Source: Pseudovirgaria hyperparasitica (Eukaryota). Taken from it: a stretch of DNA of 64,000 nucleotides. This document shows positions 23,954 through 35,879 of this stretch, in pieces (the stretch's first letter is position 1; the number at the start of each line of letters is the position of its first letter). Under the pieces are notes generated by a model that was not told where the DNA came from, made no database searches, and saw only the letters and a list, made by a program, of their open reading frames with translations. The stretch lies in assembly GCA_010093815.1 (NCBI GenBank), contig ML996566.1. The stretch is one strand, 5' to 3'. Made by a program: the position numbers and the translations under genes.

Positions 23954-25873
23954 CTATGAAGAGTCTGGAGCCGCTATAGGAAGAAAGTTACCAACGATCA
24001 GCGATGGTCTAAGAGATCATTAGTAAGGATATTACGAAGGACTCCATGACAGCTCACATTGCATGTTGATCCCGACGTATCGTAAACGAGAAACAACATC
24101 GTATTTCTGGATCATGGGAGTTTGGGTCGGGATTTTTTAAGGAGCACGATGTTAATATGGCCTTTTGGCTCTGGTCGAAGGCTATAGAGCCAAACTTTTC
24201 CCAGTAATTGGCTAGAGAGTCCTCAACGATAATTTCGTGGATTGCAAGCTTGCCCTAGGGCATCGATTAGTCACGGATGTGCTTGGTCGGAAAGCCGGCT
24301 TACATCTCTGAGGCTTTCGATAGGCACATGAATAAGGTCTGCCATCTCTTCGTTTCCTCGGAAAATCTCCCCAGTCCTTCGCCAAGAACAAGCCGGGATG
24401 GCCATACTGGCAAAGACCCTGTCATAATCCATCAGGCTCCGCTCGAACCACATCTCCACTCTTATGAGCTCCAGATCGGTAAGTATCTGCATCCGATCTC
24501 GGAACTGCGGTCGGAACTTGTCAAGCTGTCTTAAGATCCTCTGCCTGTTGTGCGGTTGTAGATGGTGTTTCATATAGTTATTCAGTCTATCGTAGCCCTT
24601 GACATAGTTGAAGGGTTTCAAGAGACCGGCATCGTATTTGGCCTGTAGCAGGTTTTGCATTCGCTTCTCGGGTGCGTCGGTTCCCGACGGGTCGGCAGCT
24701 GTCATGTAATACTTCTCGCGTGCTTTGTCTGGCGACAGCCCACCTTGCTGACGAGAAGGTGAAATGTTCGTGGGCGCCTGGGAAGATGCATATTGTTGCT
24801 GGGCATGGGTTGCATTCGGAGGCGGCATTACGGAACTTGCTGTCATCTGACCCATAGTATTCGTCAAAGACGGATCGGAGAAGATCCCATGGATATCGTC
24901 CCCCCTATAAAGCCCGCCATCGTCCATCAGACTGTTGTTGAGAAAATCACTGAGTAAGTTATACTCGTTGTGGACTTCTGAAGTGTTGAACATGTATGAT
25001 GGATGGAGGCTGTGCATGTCTTGAAAATGAGAACCCAAGTTCCAATCATTATAACCTAGGACTGCGTAACTTCTGTCAGTATCTCGAACAAGAGGCGGAA
25101 GGGTGCAACCAACGCGAGGAGTTGTTGCCGGTCAATGCTGGGCCTTGGGCGGCAGATACGGAGCCAGCCTGGCCGATGGACGATGAGCTGGCAAGAGTAT
25201 CCTGCTGTGATTGCTGTGGAGCTAGGTTCAGACCTGCATGGTGGGTATTTGCACGATGATCAAGCGCAGGGAGTTCTGAGGGGGAGTCGTCTAGCTTTCC
25301 AGCCTCTGCCTCGCCATGAGTACTCTCTTGTTTAGATTTCGGCTTCTTAGTAGGCTCCTCATCATGACATAGATGTCCAATACTTCGCTTAATACAGCGC
25401 GTACATGGTCTTTCCTGCAGTACAGCCAAGAGGGATCACAGTCAGCATATGGCGAGAAATTGGCCAGGAGCATTTCCTTAGGACTCTACGTACGGTATCG
25501 CAAGTCATATGCTAGATATAAATAAAACAATACTAGTCAGCCTGTTGTGTTCCTTGGGGGGCGTCCCGGCAGGCGCCAGGCGCACGTTGCGCTGCGAAGG
25601 GCCGAAGAGATTCAAAAGATATGGAACTCACCGAGCGACGGCAGTATAAACACGCTGTGGGACAGTATTTAGCAAGGATTCAGTGCAGCATCTGAAAGAC
25701 ATGGCGATCCGTGGCTTACCATGATTGACCTTCCTTCGCTTCTTGGGACTCTTGCCAGTGCGTTCAGCGACAGCATGCGGCGGCGACGGCTTCTCTTTTC
25801 CAGTCGCCTCAGGAGGCTGTTCGGGTGGTCTACTGGGGGAAGCCCCTTGCTCTGGTGTCGAGGTGGACGTCAT
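23954..25873 (-). CDS. RDS2: Zn2Cys6-PAS gluconeogenesis transcription factor (Rds2/AcuM type)
   Basis: KRRKVNH|ACLYCRRS|HMTCDT|ERPCTRCIKRSIGHLC built from short exons. C-terminal AGLLKPFNYVKGY, MAIPACSWRRTGEIFRGN, YWEKFG, CCFSFTIRRD, LIVGNFLP. Confidence 0.88.
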
Positions 25874-27027
25874 GGTCGGACTCGTGTAGCTTGAAGATCC
25901 TCTGTGGCGCTTTTTCGTGTCTCCTCGCTCGCTCGCATGCGATGTACGAGCCTGCAGCAGGCTTTGTACGCCTCGCAGGTAATGTCTCTGAATTCGGAAA
26001 GTTGCAGCAGCGAGCAGTATAGCCGCAGGGAGGTGTCGTTGGTGGTTGTTAGATGTCGGCGCGTGTTTTAGAGACGATTTAGCAGCGAAGCATTATAGGA
26101 CATGGACAATCCCCGCCAGCTTCTTTCGCAATCGTCGTGTGGGCGCATCGTGAATGAGGGTTTATGAAAGCACGCGAGCGGGAATCATCAGATGGAAGCG
26201 TCTTCACGCGCGCGGGCTAAAGTGGAGTTGGAGTCAGCAGTCCCAGAGTTCGTCTACGGGAGTTCTGGAGCGGCAGGACACCCTGGTATTAGCGGGAGCC
26301 GCGGCTGGCCTGTGGCTAAAATCTCCGTGGGCAGCTGTCACGGGCACAGCGGGAGAGCTCTAACATATTACTGTACGTACTCTTTTCTAAGTGATTAGTG
26401 GTGCCCTATTGTTCTGTCCGCCCTCCATACCGAGGCTTGTACACGTTGTTTACTAGCGTGATTCGTCCATGTATAAATATCTACATACATCTCATGTGAT
26501 CCCTTGTTCTCGATCTCGACAGACTCATAAAATGATGTCGAAGGGCCAGGTGCATTCAAAAGCTGTGGTAGCTTTTCCAATGTCTGCATCCCTACCCGAG
26601 CAGGGTACATGGTATTATGATGGCCTGATGTGTGATGATGATCACAGTGTGTTTGTCTGTCCAGGGCTTTTGGTACTCAATCTTTGGACAATTTCATGCT
26701 AATATGCACGAAGACAGATAGTGGAATGTCAACAGTCCATAAAAGGTCGTCTACGGACAAAAGACAAAGTGATACCCGGTACTTTGACACTCATGCGAAG
26801 ACCAGGAAAGGTTCGAGACCTCGTTATTCCACATTTGTTAACTGTCGGGTGTGGTAGAGGCCGTGTACATTTCGACCTAGGTACGGGGCATACGGGGTCA
26901 AGGTACCGCCTGGGCGGTTTGATCGACCGTAACAGCCTTGCTCGAATCACAGCCTTTCCATCGTGCGACCCTGCCTGAGGAAAGTCGTCTGTTGTAAGCC
27001 AATCAAGTATGTGATTCACGCAGAGCA

Positions 27028-28232
27028 TCATCCAGGCAGGGATACGAACTGTTCTGAGTCCATGTGCTCGGAAAGGACGCCTGTCAGTGCACAATGCGCT
27101 TGGGCTATTGTGTTGCGCAAGCCATAGATCGGTGCGACATTGGCCTGCATACTCTCCAGATGATTTCTTAGCTGATCCAGCAATGGCACAAGATCCTGAT
27201 CTGTTTCATCTATCGAAGTGGCGTTGATCCTAGTCGAAAAAGCGACTTTTATGCTCTCCGGGTGGTCGTCGTCCCCAGTGGCTGCCGAGCTACGGAGTAA
27301 GGGGTGTAACTAGATGGCATTTAATCGAATGTTGTGCACTGGCGAAGCTGTTACATACCTTGGCGCCTGTCTGTCTATGTTTTTGTTCGGCTAACTTGGC
27401 CTTTGATTCGAGCTGCTCGCTCACAGCTCGATCGTGACTGAGGGCTCGTTCCTCTTTCTCTATTTCAGCTTCAAGAAGTTTAACGCCATGTAGTGACGCA
27501 GTGAGCTGTCCATCAAGAAGACGCTGGGCGAAGTCAGCAAAAAGTGTAATATTCCTAGGTATCGACCCTCACATTGCGCTCCATCAGTTTTTCCAGATCG
27601 AAATGTAACTCTTTTGTTTTAGGTGGAAAAGGCATATTCGGCAGTCGTGTCTCGAGTCTCTGTACAAGTTGGCCGAGAATCGCTTCTGCCTCCCTTCGAT
27701 GCTTCTCATCCTTTCTCGAGGCTACCACAGGCCATTTCGCAGCTTTAAATATCTCTTTGACCTGGTCTTGTGCTGATACGCTAAGATGTGTCCATTTTGA
27801 TTTCACTACTGACTGAGGAATGTATCGTGTTCGTGGTTTCAAATGTGGGAACTCCCTTCTCAGCTTTGCCGCTGTACGGTTGCGTTGACCTGGGTGCGCT
27901 GCCTTGCGACGCTGCGCATCCACGTTCCGGCTTAAAGATGATTGAGGTAGTTTACGGTGCACGACGGGTGATGGTTGAGCTAGCTCGTCCTCGCCAGGAG
28001 CAGTATCATTCGTTTTCTTCGACATGGCACGTTTGCGTAGAGCTTCGTGGTGCGACAGTGGTGAATGTGCCTTTTTTGCGGCTTCCTTGCTGTCCTTCAC
28101 TGCAGCAGACGATTTATGTGGCACTTTCGTAGGGCGTCCAGGTTTGTTCGAGTGCGATTTTGGAGCCTAGAAGCTGTCAGATGAGGACCGCGAAGGAGCA
28201 GAAGGATCTAGCAGCATTTGGGGACTGACCAT
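27028..28232 (-). CDS. CENP-Q/Okp1-family kinetochore protein
   Basis: First coding exon is ATG alone (28232-28230) followed by a GTCAGT intron. Motifs LKPRTRYIPQSVVKSKW, RLPNMPFPP, coiled coil, C-terminal LHPLL...QLRNHLESMQAN. Confidence 0.7.
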
Positions 28233-28283
28233 AATCGTCGTCGGGAGTCATCATTAATCGTCTTCGGTGGTCATGATCTTGAC

Positions 28284-28307
28284 GTGTCGGCCGACACCGC
28301 GACGCGT
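28284..28307. promoter_or_regulatory. 14-bp palindrome plus MCB-like element upstream of the CENP-Q-like gene
   Basis: GTGTCGGCCGACAC (28284-28297) directly followed by CGCGACGCGT (28298-28307), which contains ACGCGT. Confidence 0.4.
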
Positions 28308-28526
28308 CCGTTTGGCTTCTGCAAGGCGATATCACGCTAGTCGCATCGGGCTAAGATCTACATTATGGAAGAACATAAATGCATGCGGGTATCTTCGAAC
28401 TTGGCTTTGAGGCACATTGTTTCATGCTTAGTAATATCAAAGAACCCAATATCGAGCATCCATCCGCTTCGAATCATAACGCCGACAAATGCACATGACG
28501 CTAATTCGCTCCACTGAGACCACCTA

Positions 28527-30806
28527 CTACTTGATTTTGCTCATCACAGTCTCCGGACCCCTCTCTGCGTAAACTTCAGCAGCCTTTGCCTTTACGCTGT
28601 TCAGTGTACTTCTGTCAAAGTCGTCCCGAGCTCGCATAACAGCCTCAACCCAGCTCATACTGGTATCCCAATAATCGATTTTGAATTGTTCGTAGACAGC
28701 CGGAAGCTCTGCTTTCTCTGCATTAAGCATTCGGAGGAAGCCGTCAACGACGCGCCATTTCTGCTTTATAACGTCAAAGGCTGGAAATTGCTTGAAGAAG
28801 TCAAAAGCTGTTACAAGATCGTCTCGGATCTTGTCTCCGTATGGGTCACTTCGTCGGAACTTTACGCCTTTATTGCGTACTGAGCTGAGATACCGTACGA
28901 GTAGCTCATCTGCAAGCTCTTCTACCAAGATGTCCCGGAGCGAAGGATGTAGAACCCCTTCGTAGTCCGACAGGTAATCTTGAAAGGTGAGGACGAACTG
29001 CGAGATCCGTTTCTGGCCGTACCACGCTTGTGTAAAGAATTCTCCCAGAAAAGGTTTGAAATCGACAGCGAAAATGAGTGATGCAAAGACTGATATGCAG
29101 TGCGTACCGAGATCTATGTAGCCATCACGAAGACTGTCACTTGTCGCCAGAGCCTGTTGTGCGTATTGGGGAGACACTAATGGTGTGAAGTCGCGTGAGA
29201 ATCGGGAGAGGTATGAGACCGACCCTTCTGTGTTGTCACCATCATCAATGCAGGCGATTTGATCGTTGGCAATAGCAACAATCCAGTCTTGGAGCGGCTG
29301 CAGTCCTTCTATATCTGCAGTGGGCATTGAGTATTTTTGCAGCTCATTGTCGATAAGATTCTGCCAGAGCTGTTGCCGCGCAGTCAGTGCTCGGAACATA
29401 GCTTCAACGACACCCTCTGCGACATCAGTCCGGTCACTGTTTCCTGCGACTGTCAATTGCTCTCGCAACATAAACCACAGATCTGGCAGTGTCTTGGTCC
29501 GGAAACAGCCGTTCTCATCTTGACTGAGAGATCCTTCCTGTCTTGAGAGGAACGTCTGCTTGTCATTGGAAGCCATACGGTCCATCCACTCTTCGACAGA
29601 TTTGATAATCTGCTGCCTATATTCGCGGACAAGCTCGTCACTGCGGTTGTCGATGACGTGGGGAATCAAGTCGTCTTCGGATAAACCAAGTTTCTTCATT
29701 TTCGCATAATATTTCTCGACCCACTGCGCGATGATTAAGAGGTGAGCATTAGTTCGATCCTCTGCGTCAACCCGGGATATGAGCCAATCATGCATAGTAT
29801 TGTGATATATGTTCGCATACGTTTGCATTATTCTCCATTTCTTGGGCATAAGTGTAACCATTCCAATTTTGACTGTATTGAGGTCGTTGAAGTACCACCG
29901 CAACTTCTTGTCCAGCCGGTCAGGCTCGTTCAAGAATGCTTGATTCGCCTGGTCCATCTGTTCTCGACAAACTTTTTCGATTGAATGCAAAAACCTGTCT
30001 TTATACCCTCGTACTTCTTTTGGTCCGGAAGCTATCGATTTGAAACGTGCTGCAAGCTCCTTATATTCTTTCTGTGCGTCCTGGAGGGCTCTGGCCTTCT
30101 TATCGTTCTTCTCCTCCGCATCAATGATGGTAGCAAGTCTTACGACCATACCATGATTGTTCGTCTGGACAAACTCGATGAGTGACATGCAAGCATAATC
30201 TATATGCTTGTCAAACTTCCCAATCAATTCGTCTAGGCGGTTGAAGTAATCTTGCAGAGTGTAGCCGGAGTTCAATTGAAGGTTCTCGAGAAGCTCCATT
30301 GAGGTGTTTGCCGACGATCTAATTTGGTCCATCGCAGAATCCTTGATGTTCCTAAGCTCGGTCAACCCATAATGCACCTGAAGCAGATTAGGTTGTGTGT
30401 CCAAGTCTTGTTCGTTCTCCTGTAGTAGTGCTTCGAGCTCATCCAGCTTTTCTTCGAACCTATCTATATCTCTTTTCATTGTTTCCACTTGCGCAAAGTT
30501 GCGATGCGTTTGTGCGACCAGATTGATATGAGGGAAGTCTCGAATCATCTGGGTGGAGTCTGAACATAGCTTGTCGATTTTCATCATCTCCTCTTTGATC
30601 AAATTTATGGTTCTTTGGCCATCTGTGATGCTGCCCATGCCGGATTGCGTTATTTCCAGCTGCTCCCTCAACCCTAATTTCAATTGTGTGTCTACGGCAG
30701 CCTTCTTGCGAGTGAACTCGGACTTTAGGGCGGATATCTTGTCAAGGTCCTCCGGATGGCGGAGAAGCTCCGCGAGCTTGACAGTAACGGTTTCCACATC
30801 ATTCAT
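28527..30806 (-). CDS. SEC6: Exocyst component Sec6
   Basis: 759 aa single ORF; LAELLRHPEDLDKISALK, PNLLQVHYGLTELR, IAIANDQIAC, GPETVMSKIK. Confidence 0.96.
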   Translation of the reverse strand: MNDVETVTVKLAELLRHPEDLDKISALKSEFTRKKAAVDTQLKLGLREQLEITQSGMGSITDGQRTINLIKEEMMKIDKLCSDSTQMIRDFPHINLVAQTHRNFAQVETMKRDIDRFEEKLDELEALLQENEQDLDTQPNLLQVHYGLTELRNIKDSAMDQIRSSANTSMELLENLQLNSGYTLQDYFNRLDELIGKFDKHIDYACMSLIEFVQTNNHGMVVRLATIIDAEEKNDKKARALQDAQKEYKELAARFKSIASGPKEVRGYKDRFLHSIEKVCREQMDQANQAFLNEPDRLDKKLRWYFNDLNTVKIGMVTLMPKKWRIMQTYANIYHNTMHDWLISRVDAEDRTNAHLLIIAQWVEKYYAKMKKLGLSEDDLIPHVIDNRSDELVREYRQQIIKSVEEWMDRMASNDKQTFLSRQEGSLSQDENGCFRTKTLPDLWFMLREQLTVAGNSDRTDVAEGVVEAMFRALTARQQLWQNLIDNELQKYSMPTADIEGLQPLQDWIVAIANDQIACIDDGDNTEGSVSYLSRFSRDFTPLVSPQYAQQALATSDSLRDGYIDLGTHCISVFASLIFAVDFKPFLGEFFTQAWYGQKRISQFVLTFQDYLSDYEGVLHPSLRDILVEELADELLVRYLSSVRNKGVKFRRSDPYGDKIRDDLVTAFDFFKQFPAFDVIKQKWRVVDGFLRMLNAEKAELPAVYEQFKIDYWDTSMSWVEAVMRARDDFDRSTLNSVKAKAAEVYAERGPETVMSKIK

Positions 30807-31188
30807 GTCGTCAGAACGCCTGGCTAGTCGGAAATCCCAGCCTCGTGGGCACCAGTTGATGTGTCTCCAACTGCCCGGTTTCGCGTTGGAGTGCCGCTGC
30901 GAGTTTGCCGAAGATCTGCCGCATCTACCACAGGTGGGAACTTAACGTCCGGATCTGTACCTTTCCGTAAACAGGTGGGGCGTCCTACGTTGGAGCGTTC
31001 GTGCCATCATCGACTGGAATTATGCGAAAAGTATCTTCTATTGACCGAGCATCCGTCCAGACTGCCAAATCCATCGCCACTGTTCCTGATGCTCCGGTGC
31101 GGTATGTTTCACCCTATCAAAAGGTCCAAGTGACGTCCAAATCGGGAAATTGTGTGTAAAGCAAACCTACGCATCACGAGGCGCAATA

Positions 31189-32217
31189 ATGGGTCTCTCT
31201 GATCTACAGCTTACCCTACGTGGAGTCCGCAGAGGAAGCAAGGCTAGTATATCAAGTATAGCAGCCATAGACGAGAGCTCAATCGTGCACCCGATGCTCA
31301 GATCCCGGAAGAGGACATTGTCAATACCATTGCTGCACCCGGCTAAAGTTGGACTCACGAAGCGGTCTTTACAAAGTACCCTGGATCAGGAACAATGCCT
31401 TCTATTTAAAATGCTCCCATACGAAATACGCTTGATCATTTGGGAGCTCATACTTGGTGGCAAGCATGTTCATATTTTCAATTGGAAAAAGCTTGGACAT
31501 CAAGTTTGTCAAACGCTCGAGGAGTCCTCATACGGTGTTCGCCAAGTTTGTTTATTTCGGATGCCAGTAGATGGCACCACAAAAGCAGTAATACATGGAG
31601 CACCGCAGAAGCTTCTTCCTCTTTTACGAAGTTGCCGGCGAATGTATGTCCTTTCCCCCTGCTTGACCCAGTCAATCCTCATGTTCCGTAGATATTCCGA
31701 AGCCATTGACATTCTCTATGCCAAGAACATATTCGACTTCAATAATCTTCGCTATAAGATTGATGGTCTCTCCGATCGTCTGATGCCTTGCAGATGGAAC
31801 TCGATTCGTCAAGTATCTCTCACGTGGTATTTTCCTTCTTCCAAACTTGATGCAGGACGACCGCTGGTAGAAAATGATTGGGACCGCTCTTGTAGGGCGC
31901 TAGCTTCAATGACAGGTCTACAGAAGCTTACCGTTGGATTGATCACGGAAAGAAGCACAATTGAACGAACGTACATCCGTGAGATCCTCGGTCCCGTGGA
32001 AAGTATTAGCACTACCGGCTTGTATGTTGACATATATGTATCATGGGAGGAAACCGAAGACAGCTCCAGAGCCGAAAGAACACTTTTAGGGCGTGATGTG
32101 CACATCGTGCTACATCATTTACCGACGATTGTCTCGAAGGCGTATAGTGAAAGCATACATGCACCTCGAGACATTGGTTCATTATACAGGCCTAGGCAGA
32201 CTAGCACTATAAATTAA
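31189..32217 (+). CDS. Hypothetical protein with F-box-like N-terminal motif (DUF7730-type)
   Basis: QCLLFKMLPYEIRLIIWELILGG and LLRSCRR|YSEAIDILYAKNIFDF; probable in-frame 48-nt intron 31644-31691. Confidence 0.7.
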   Translation: MGLSDLQLTLRGVRRGSKASISSIAAIDESSIVHPMLRSRKRTLSIPLLHPAKVGLTKRSLQSTLDQEQCLLFKMLPYEIRLIIWELILGGKHVHIFNWKKLGHQVCQTLEESSYGVRQVCLFRMPVDGTTKAVIHGAPQKLLPLLRSCRRMYVLSPCLTQSILMFRRYSEAIDILYAKNIFDFNNLRYKIDGLSDRLMPCRWNSIRQVSLTWYFPSSKLDAGRPLVENDWDRSCRALASMTGLQKLTVGLITERSTIERTYIREILGPVESISTTGLYVDIYVSWEETEDSSRAERTLLGRDVHIVLHHLPTIVSKAYSESIHAPRDIGSLYRPRQTSTIN

Positions 32218-32503
32218 AATCGTCTTTTCGTGTCAAGCTGCAACAAGGTTGACTTGAGACAATATAAGCACAGGGTTCGTGCATATCGGTAATGGGTATA
32301 TATGGGGTATGCATGATGCATTTTGACGCTTCGGAGCCGGGATCAACGGGGCATAGCGTCGCTTCCGTATCCGCCTCCCGACGTGTTAGCACGAATCGGC
32401 TAGTTGCATGTGACGGCATCTTGCAACTTCTATAATAAAAACGCGGCGGCGTTCATATACTGCGATGATCACCTGTACAATCCCTTACCATCCTTGAATA
32501 ACC

Positions 32504-34311
32504 ATGCCTGGCTCCTCGAGGTTACCGGTCAGCCTACGAGACACCATCAGCGGCCCAAGAGCATCGGCGCGCAAACAACTACTGGCCCTGAATCTTGACT
32601 TGTGAGCTCTCCCGAGGCGCCCCGCGCATTACAACGTGTTAACGGGGATTACTAGATTGAGGAACATCGTATTCGCTCTATTCCTCCTACGATGGTCGCG
32701 TAAAGCCTTCTATCAGCTCAAGGGCCGCGGTATCGCAGGCTCTTCTGTCGACGCGTACATATCGATCCGGCGCACCTTATATGGCATATTTCTCAGGCTG
32801 CCTGGTGTTCGATCCAAGGTTCAGGCCGGCATCGATCAGTCCATCATTGATCTCGAGAAGAAGCTTATCGCAAGCGGACCAGACACAGAGCGCTTCCTTG
32901 CGCTTCCACAGAATGGATGGACTGGAGAAAAGGTTAGACAAGAGCTGGAAAAGCTTTATGAGATGAAGCATACGAGGTGGGAGGATGGAAGGGTCAGTGG
33001 CGCAGTATATCACGGTGGAGATGATCTTATCAAGTTGCAAACGGAAGCTTTTGGAAAGTTCACTGTCAGCAATCCGATTCATCCAGATGTCTTTCCTGGT
33101 GTGAGAAAGATGGAAGCAGAGATCGTGAGCATAGTATGTGTGATTCAGGGTCAATTCAATAGCAACGTTAACCCTAAGAATAGGTTCTCGGAATCTTCAA
33201 TGCGCCACAGGGCTCTGGTGGGGTGACAACGAGCGGTGGCACTGAGTCTATTCTTATGGCTTGCCTCAGTGCCCGACAGAAAGCATATCATGAGCGCGGA
33301 GTCACTTCGCCGGAGATGATTCTTCCTGATACGGCTCACACTGCATTCCGCAAAGCAGGCGAGTATTTCAAGATCAAGATCCATTTAGTGAAATGCCCTG
33401 CCCCGCATTACAAAGTACACATCCCGTCCGTGTCCCGACTCGTCAACCCGAACACAGTCCTGCTCGTTGGGTCGGCACCCAACTTTCCACACGGGATCAT
33501 CGACGATATCTCGGCCCTGTCGAGGCTTGCAGTCCGCAAGTCAATACCTCTGCATGTCGATTGCTGCCTCGGCAGTTTCCTTGTACCTTTTTTGCAAAAG
33601 GCAGGGTACGAATCGGAACCTTTCGATTTCCGCCTGAAGGGTGTCACCAGTATCAGCTGCGATACCCACAAATACGGTTTTGCACCAAAGGGTAACTCTA
33701 CCGTACTGTACCGAACAGAGAAACTGCGAAGCTACCAATACTTCGTCTCTCCAGACTGGTCAGGGGGTGTCTACGCTTCACCCTCGATTGCGGGATCCCG
33801 CCCTGGAGCACTCATAGCTGGTTGCTGGGCGAGCTTGATGACGCAAGGCGAGAACGGGTATATCGATGCGTGTCACAAGATTGTCGGTGCCACTAAACGC
33901 ATTGAGTCTGCGATTCGCGACGACCCTGCGCTCAGCTCTGATCTCAAGGTTATCGGCCGACCCCTCGTCAGCGTCGTTGCGTTCTCGTCATCGACACTAT
34001 ACATATATGATATCGCAGATGGCATGTCAGCCAAAGGCTGGCACCTGAATGCTTTGCAGGATCCACCAGCCATCCACGTGGCTGTGACGCTACCGATCGT
34101 TGCGGCAGCCGACAAGATGTTGAAGGATCTCGCAGATGTGCTCGAGGAGGAGCGAGAGAAGGATCGGAAGCGGATCGCGGAGGGCAAGGGCCGTAAGGGT
34201 GAGGCGCGAGGGAGTGCCAGTGCTCTGTATGGTGTGGCGGGTAGTCTGCCCAACAAGGGCGTTGTCGTAGAGCTCGCAAAGGGCTTCTTGGACACACTGT
34301 ACAAGGCCTGA
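32504..34311 (+). CDS. DPL1: Sphinganine-1-phosphate lyase (PLP-dependent)
   Basis: [55 protein letters not shown] (PLP lysine). Introns ~32601-32656 and ~33135-33183. Confidence 0.97.
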
Positions 34312-34490
34312 AGGAGATGCACGGTATGTGTTACCCACAGACGAAGGAGGCGGTCGTGTACTATATTCTAGTAACCAGAAATAGCACCATCGGAAGAAGC
34401 ACAAATCTATGCATATGATCATCAGAGCCACACTGGCTACAACGCCAATCCGTTCCAACATCATCACCCTTCTACCCTCTCCACATACAA

Positions 34491-35438
34491 TCAAGCTTCC
34501 TCCCCAATCTCCACCTCCCCCTCCCCCTCCCCCTGCCTCCGCACCCCCTCCAACACCCTCCCAGGCCTCGCCATAATCCCCACCGCAACCCCAACCATAG
34601 CCCTCACCCGCTCCCTATTCAACTCCTCCTCCCCCATCACCGCCAACCTCCCCTCCCTCTCCCTCCTCCACTCCACAAACACCCCCTTCTCCACCCCATC
34701 CTCCTCCCCACGAATCGCACATCCACACTCCTCCCACACCCGCAACTGCCGCACAAACCCCTCATTCGGCGTAATCACATCTCTGCTCTCCCGTGCCAGG
34801 TCCAGCGCCGCGGCGTATGTCAGTCCGCGCGACCACATCAGATATGCTACTATGACGGCGCCGCTGCGCGATATGCCTGCGCGGCAGTGCACGAGGACGC
34901 CGTGGATGGGGTTGGGGTCGGGGTCTTTAGTTGTGCTGCTGTCATTTGATTCATCGGTGACGGAGTCGGGGCTGCTTTGATGACGTGCCAGGGCAGAGTG
35001 GATAAACGCACAGCAGTCTGCAAAGTGGCTGAGCAGGTCGGCGAAGGGGTCGTCTGCGACTGGGACGTGTTTGAATGTGCATGTAGCGCGGATGGTGGGC
35101 GAGTAGGGCGGGCGTTCGTGGGGCTCGAGGACGGCGAGGATGTGGGAGATGTGGTGGGTTTCGAGGCAGTCGGTTGTGGCGGAGGAGGAGAATGCGAAGC
35201 GGCTGTGCGGGTTAGAGGGTTTTTTATTCGGGGTTGGGTTTGTGGGGGATAATATTGGTGTACAGGGGAGTTGCTGATGGTGGTTCTTGATATGCATGTT
35301 ATGGTGTGTTTGTTAGTCTTTGAGTACTGACCGTCCGGATATGAAGAGGCCTGGGATGGCTTTGATGGGTGTGATATGGGCGGAGGCCGGACCTGGGTTA
35401 TCGACCCAGTCGGCGTTGAGTAGGATTGGGGTTGTCAT
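34491..35438 (-). CDS. Dual-specificity protein phosphatase
   Basis: VLVHCRAGISRSGAVIVAYLM (HCX5R), PNEGFVRQL. Exon 1 MTTPILL...IPGLFISG from ATG 35438, then one intron. Confidence 0.88.
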
Positions 35439-35879
35439 GGTGCTGACTATAGGTTAATACAATGTTCGACAGAATCCCAATGTTGAATCTAAAAAGTAGT
35501 ATATCAAGATGTTCAAGATCAGATGAACAGGCTACAGGATTCGAGGGTGCCTTGCGGCTGACCCATGCAGCCACGACCACGTGATATATGTACAATCCAT
35601 TGATTGATGAGTGGCATCCTCCTCATTCTAATTCCAAAAAGTGGAAGCCTTGGGGCAAGCGTCATCATTACCCGACTCTTGCCATGAAGATAGAAATGTA
35701 TGTGACTCCAAGCCAATATTCACGCAGTCCAGATACGGAGTTTCAAGGATTGCTGCAAATGAGGACAAGAGGGTATCACATGAGCTGATCTGAAGAAGAT
35801 GAAAAGAAAGGCCTCAGTCCGTAATGCCAACGTGAGATGCATTCGCTAGAATCGCTTCAATCGTTATGTCGTAAATCAT

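Noticed and set aside
26811..26821. B-box-like GGTTCGAGACC
   Set aside because: No A box or cloverleaf around it.
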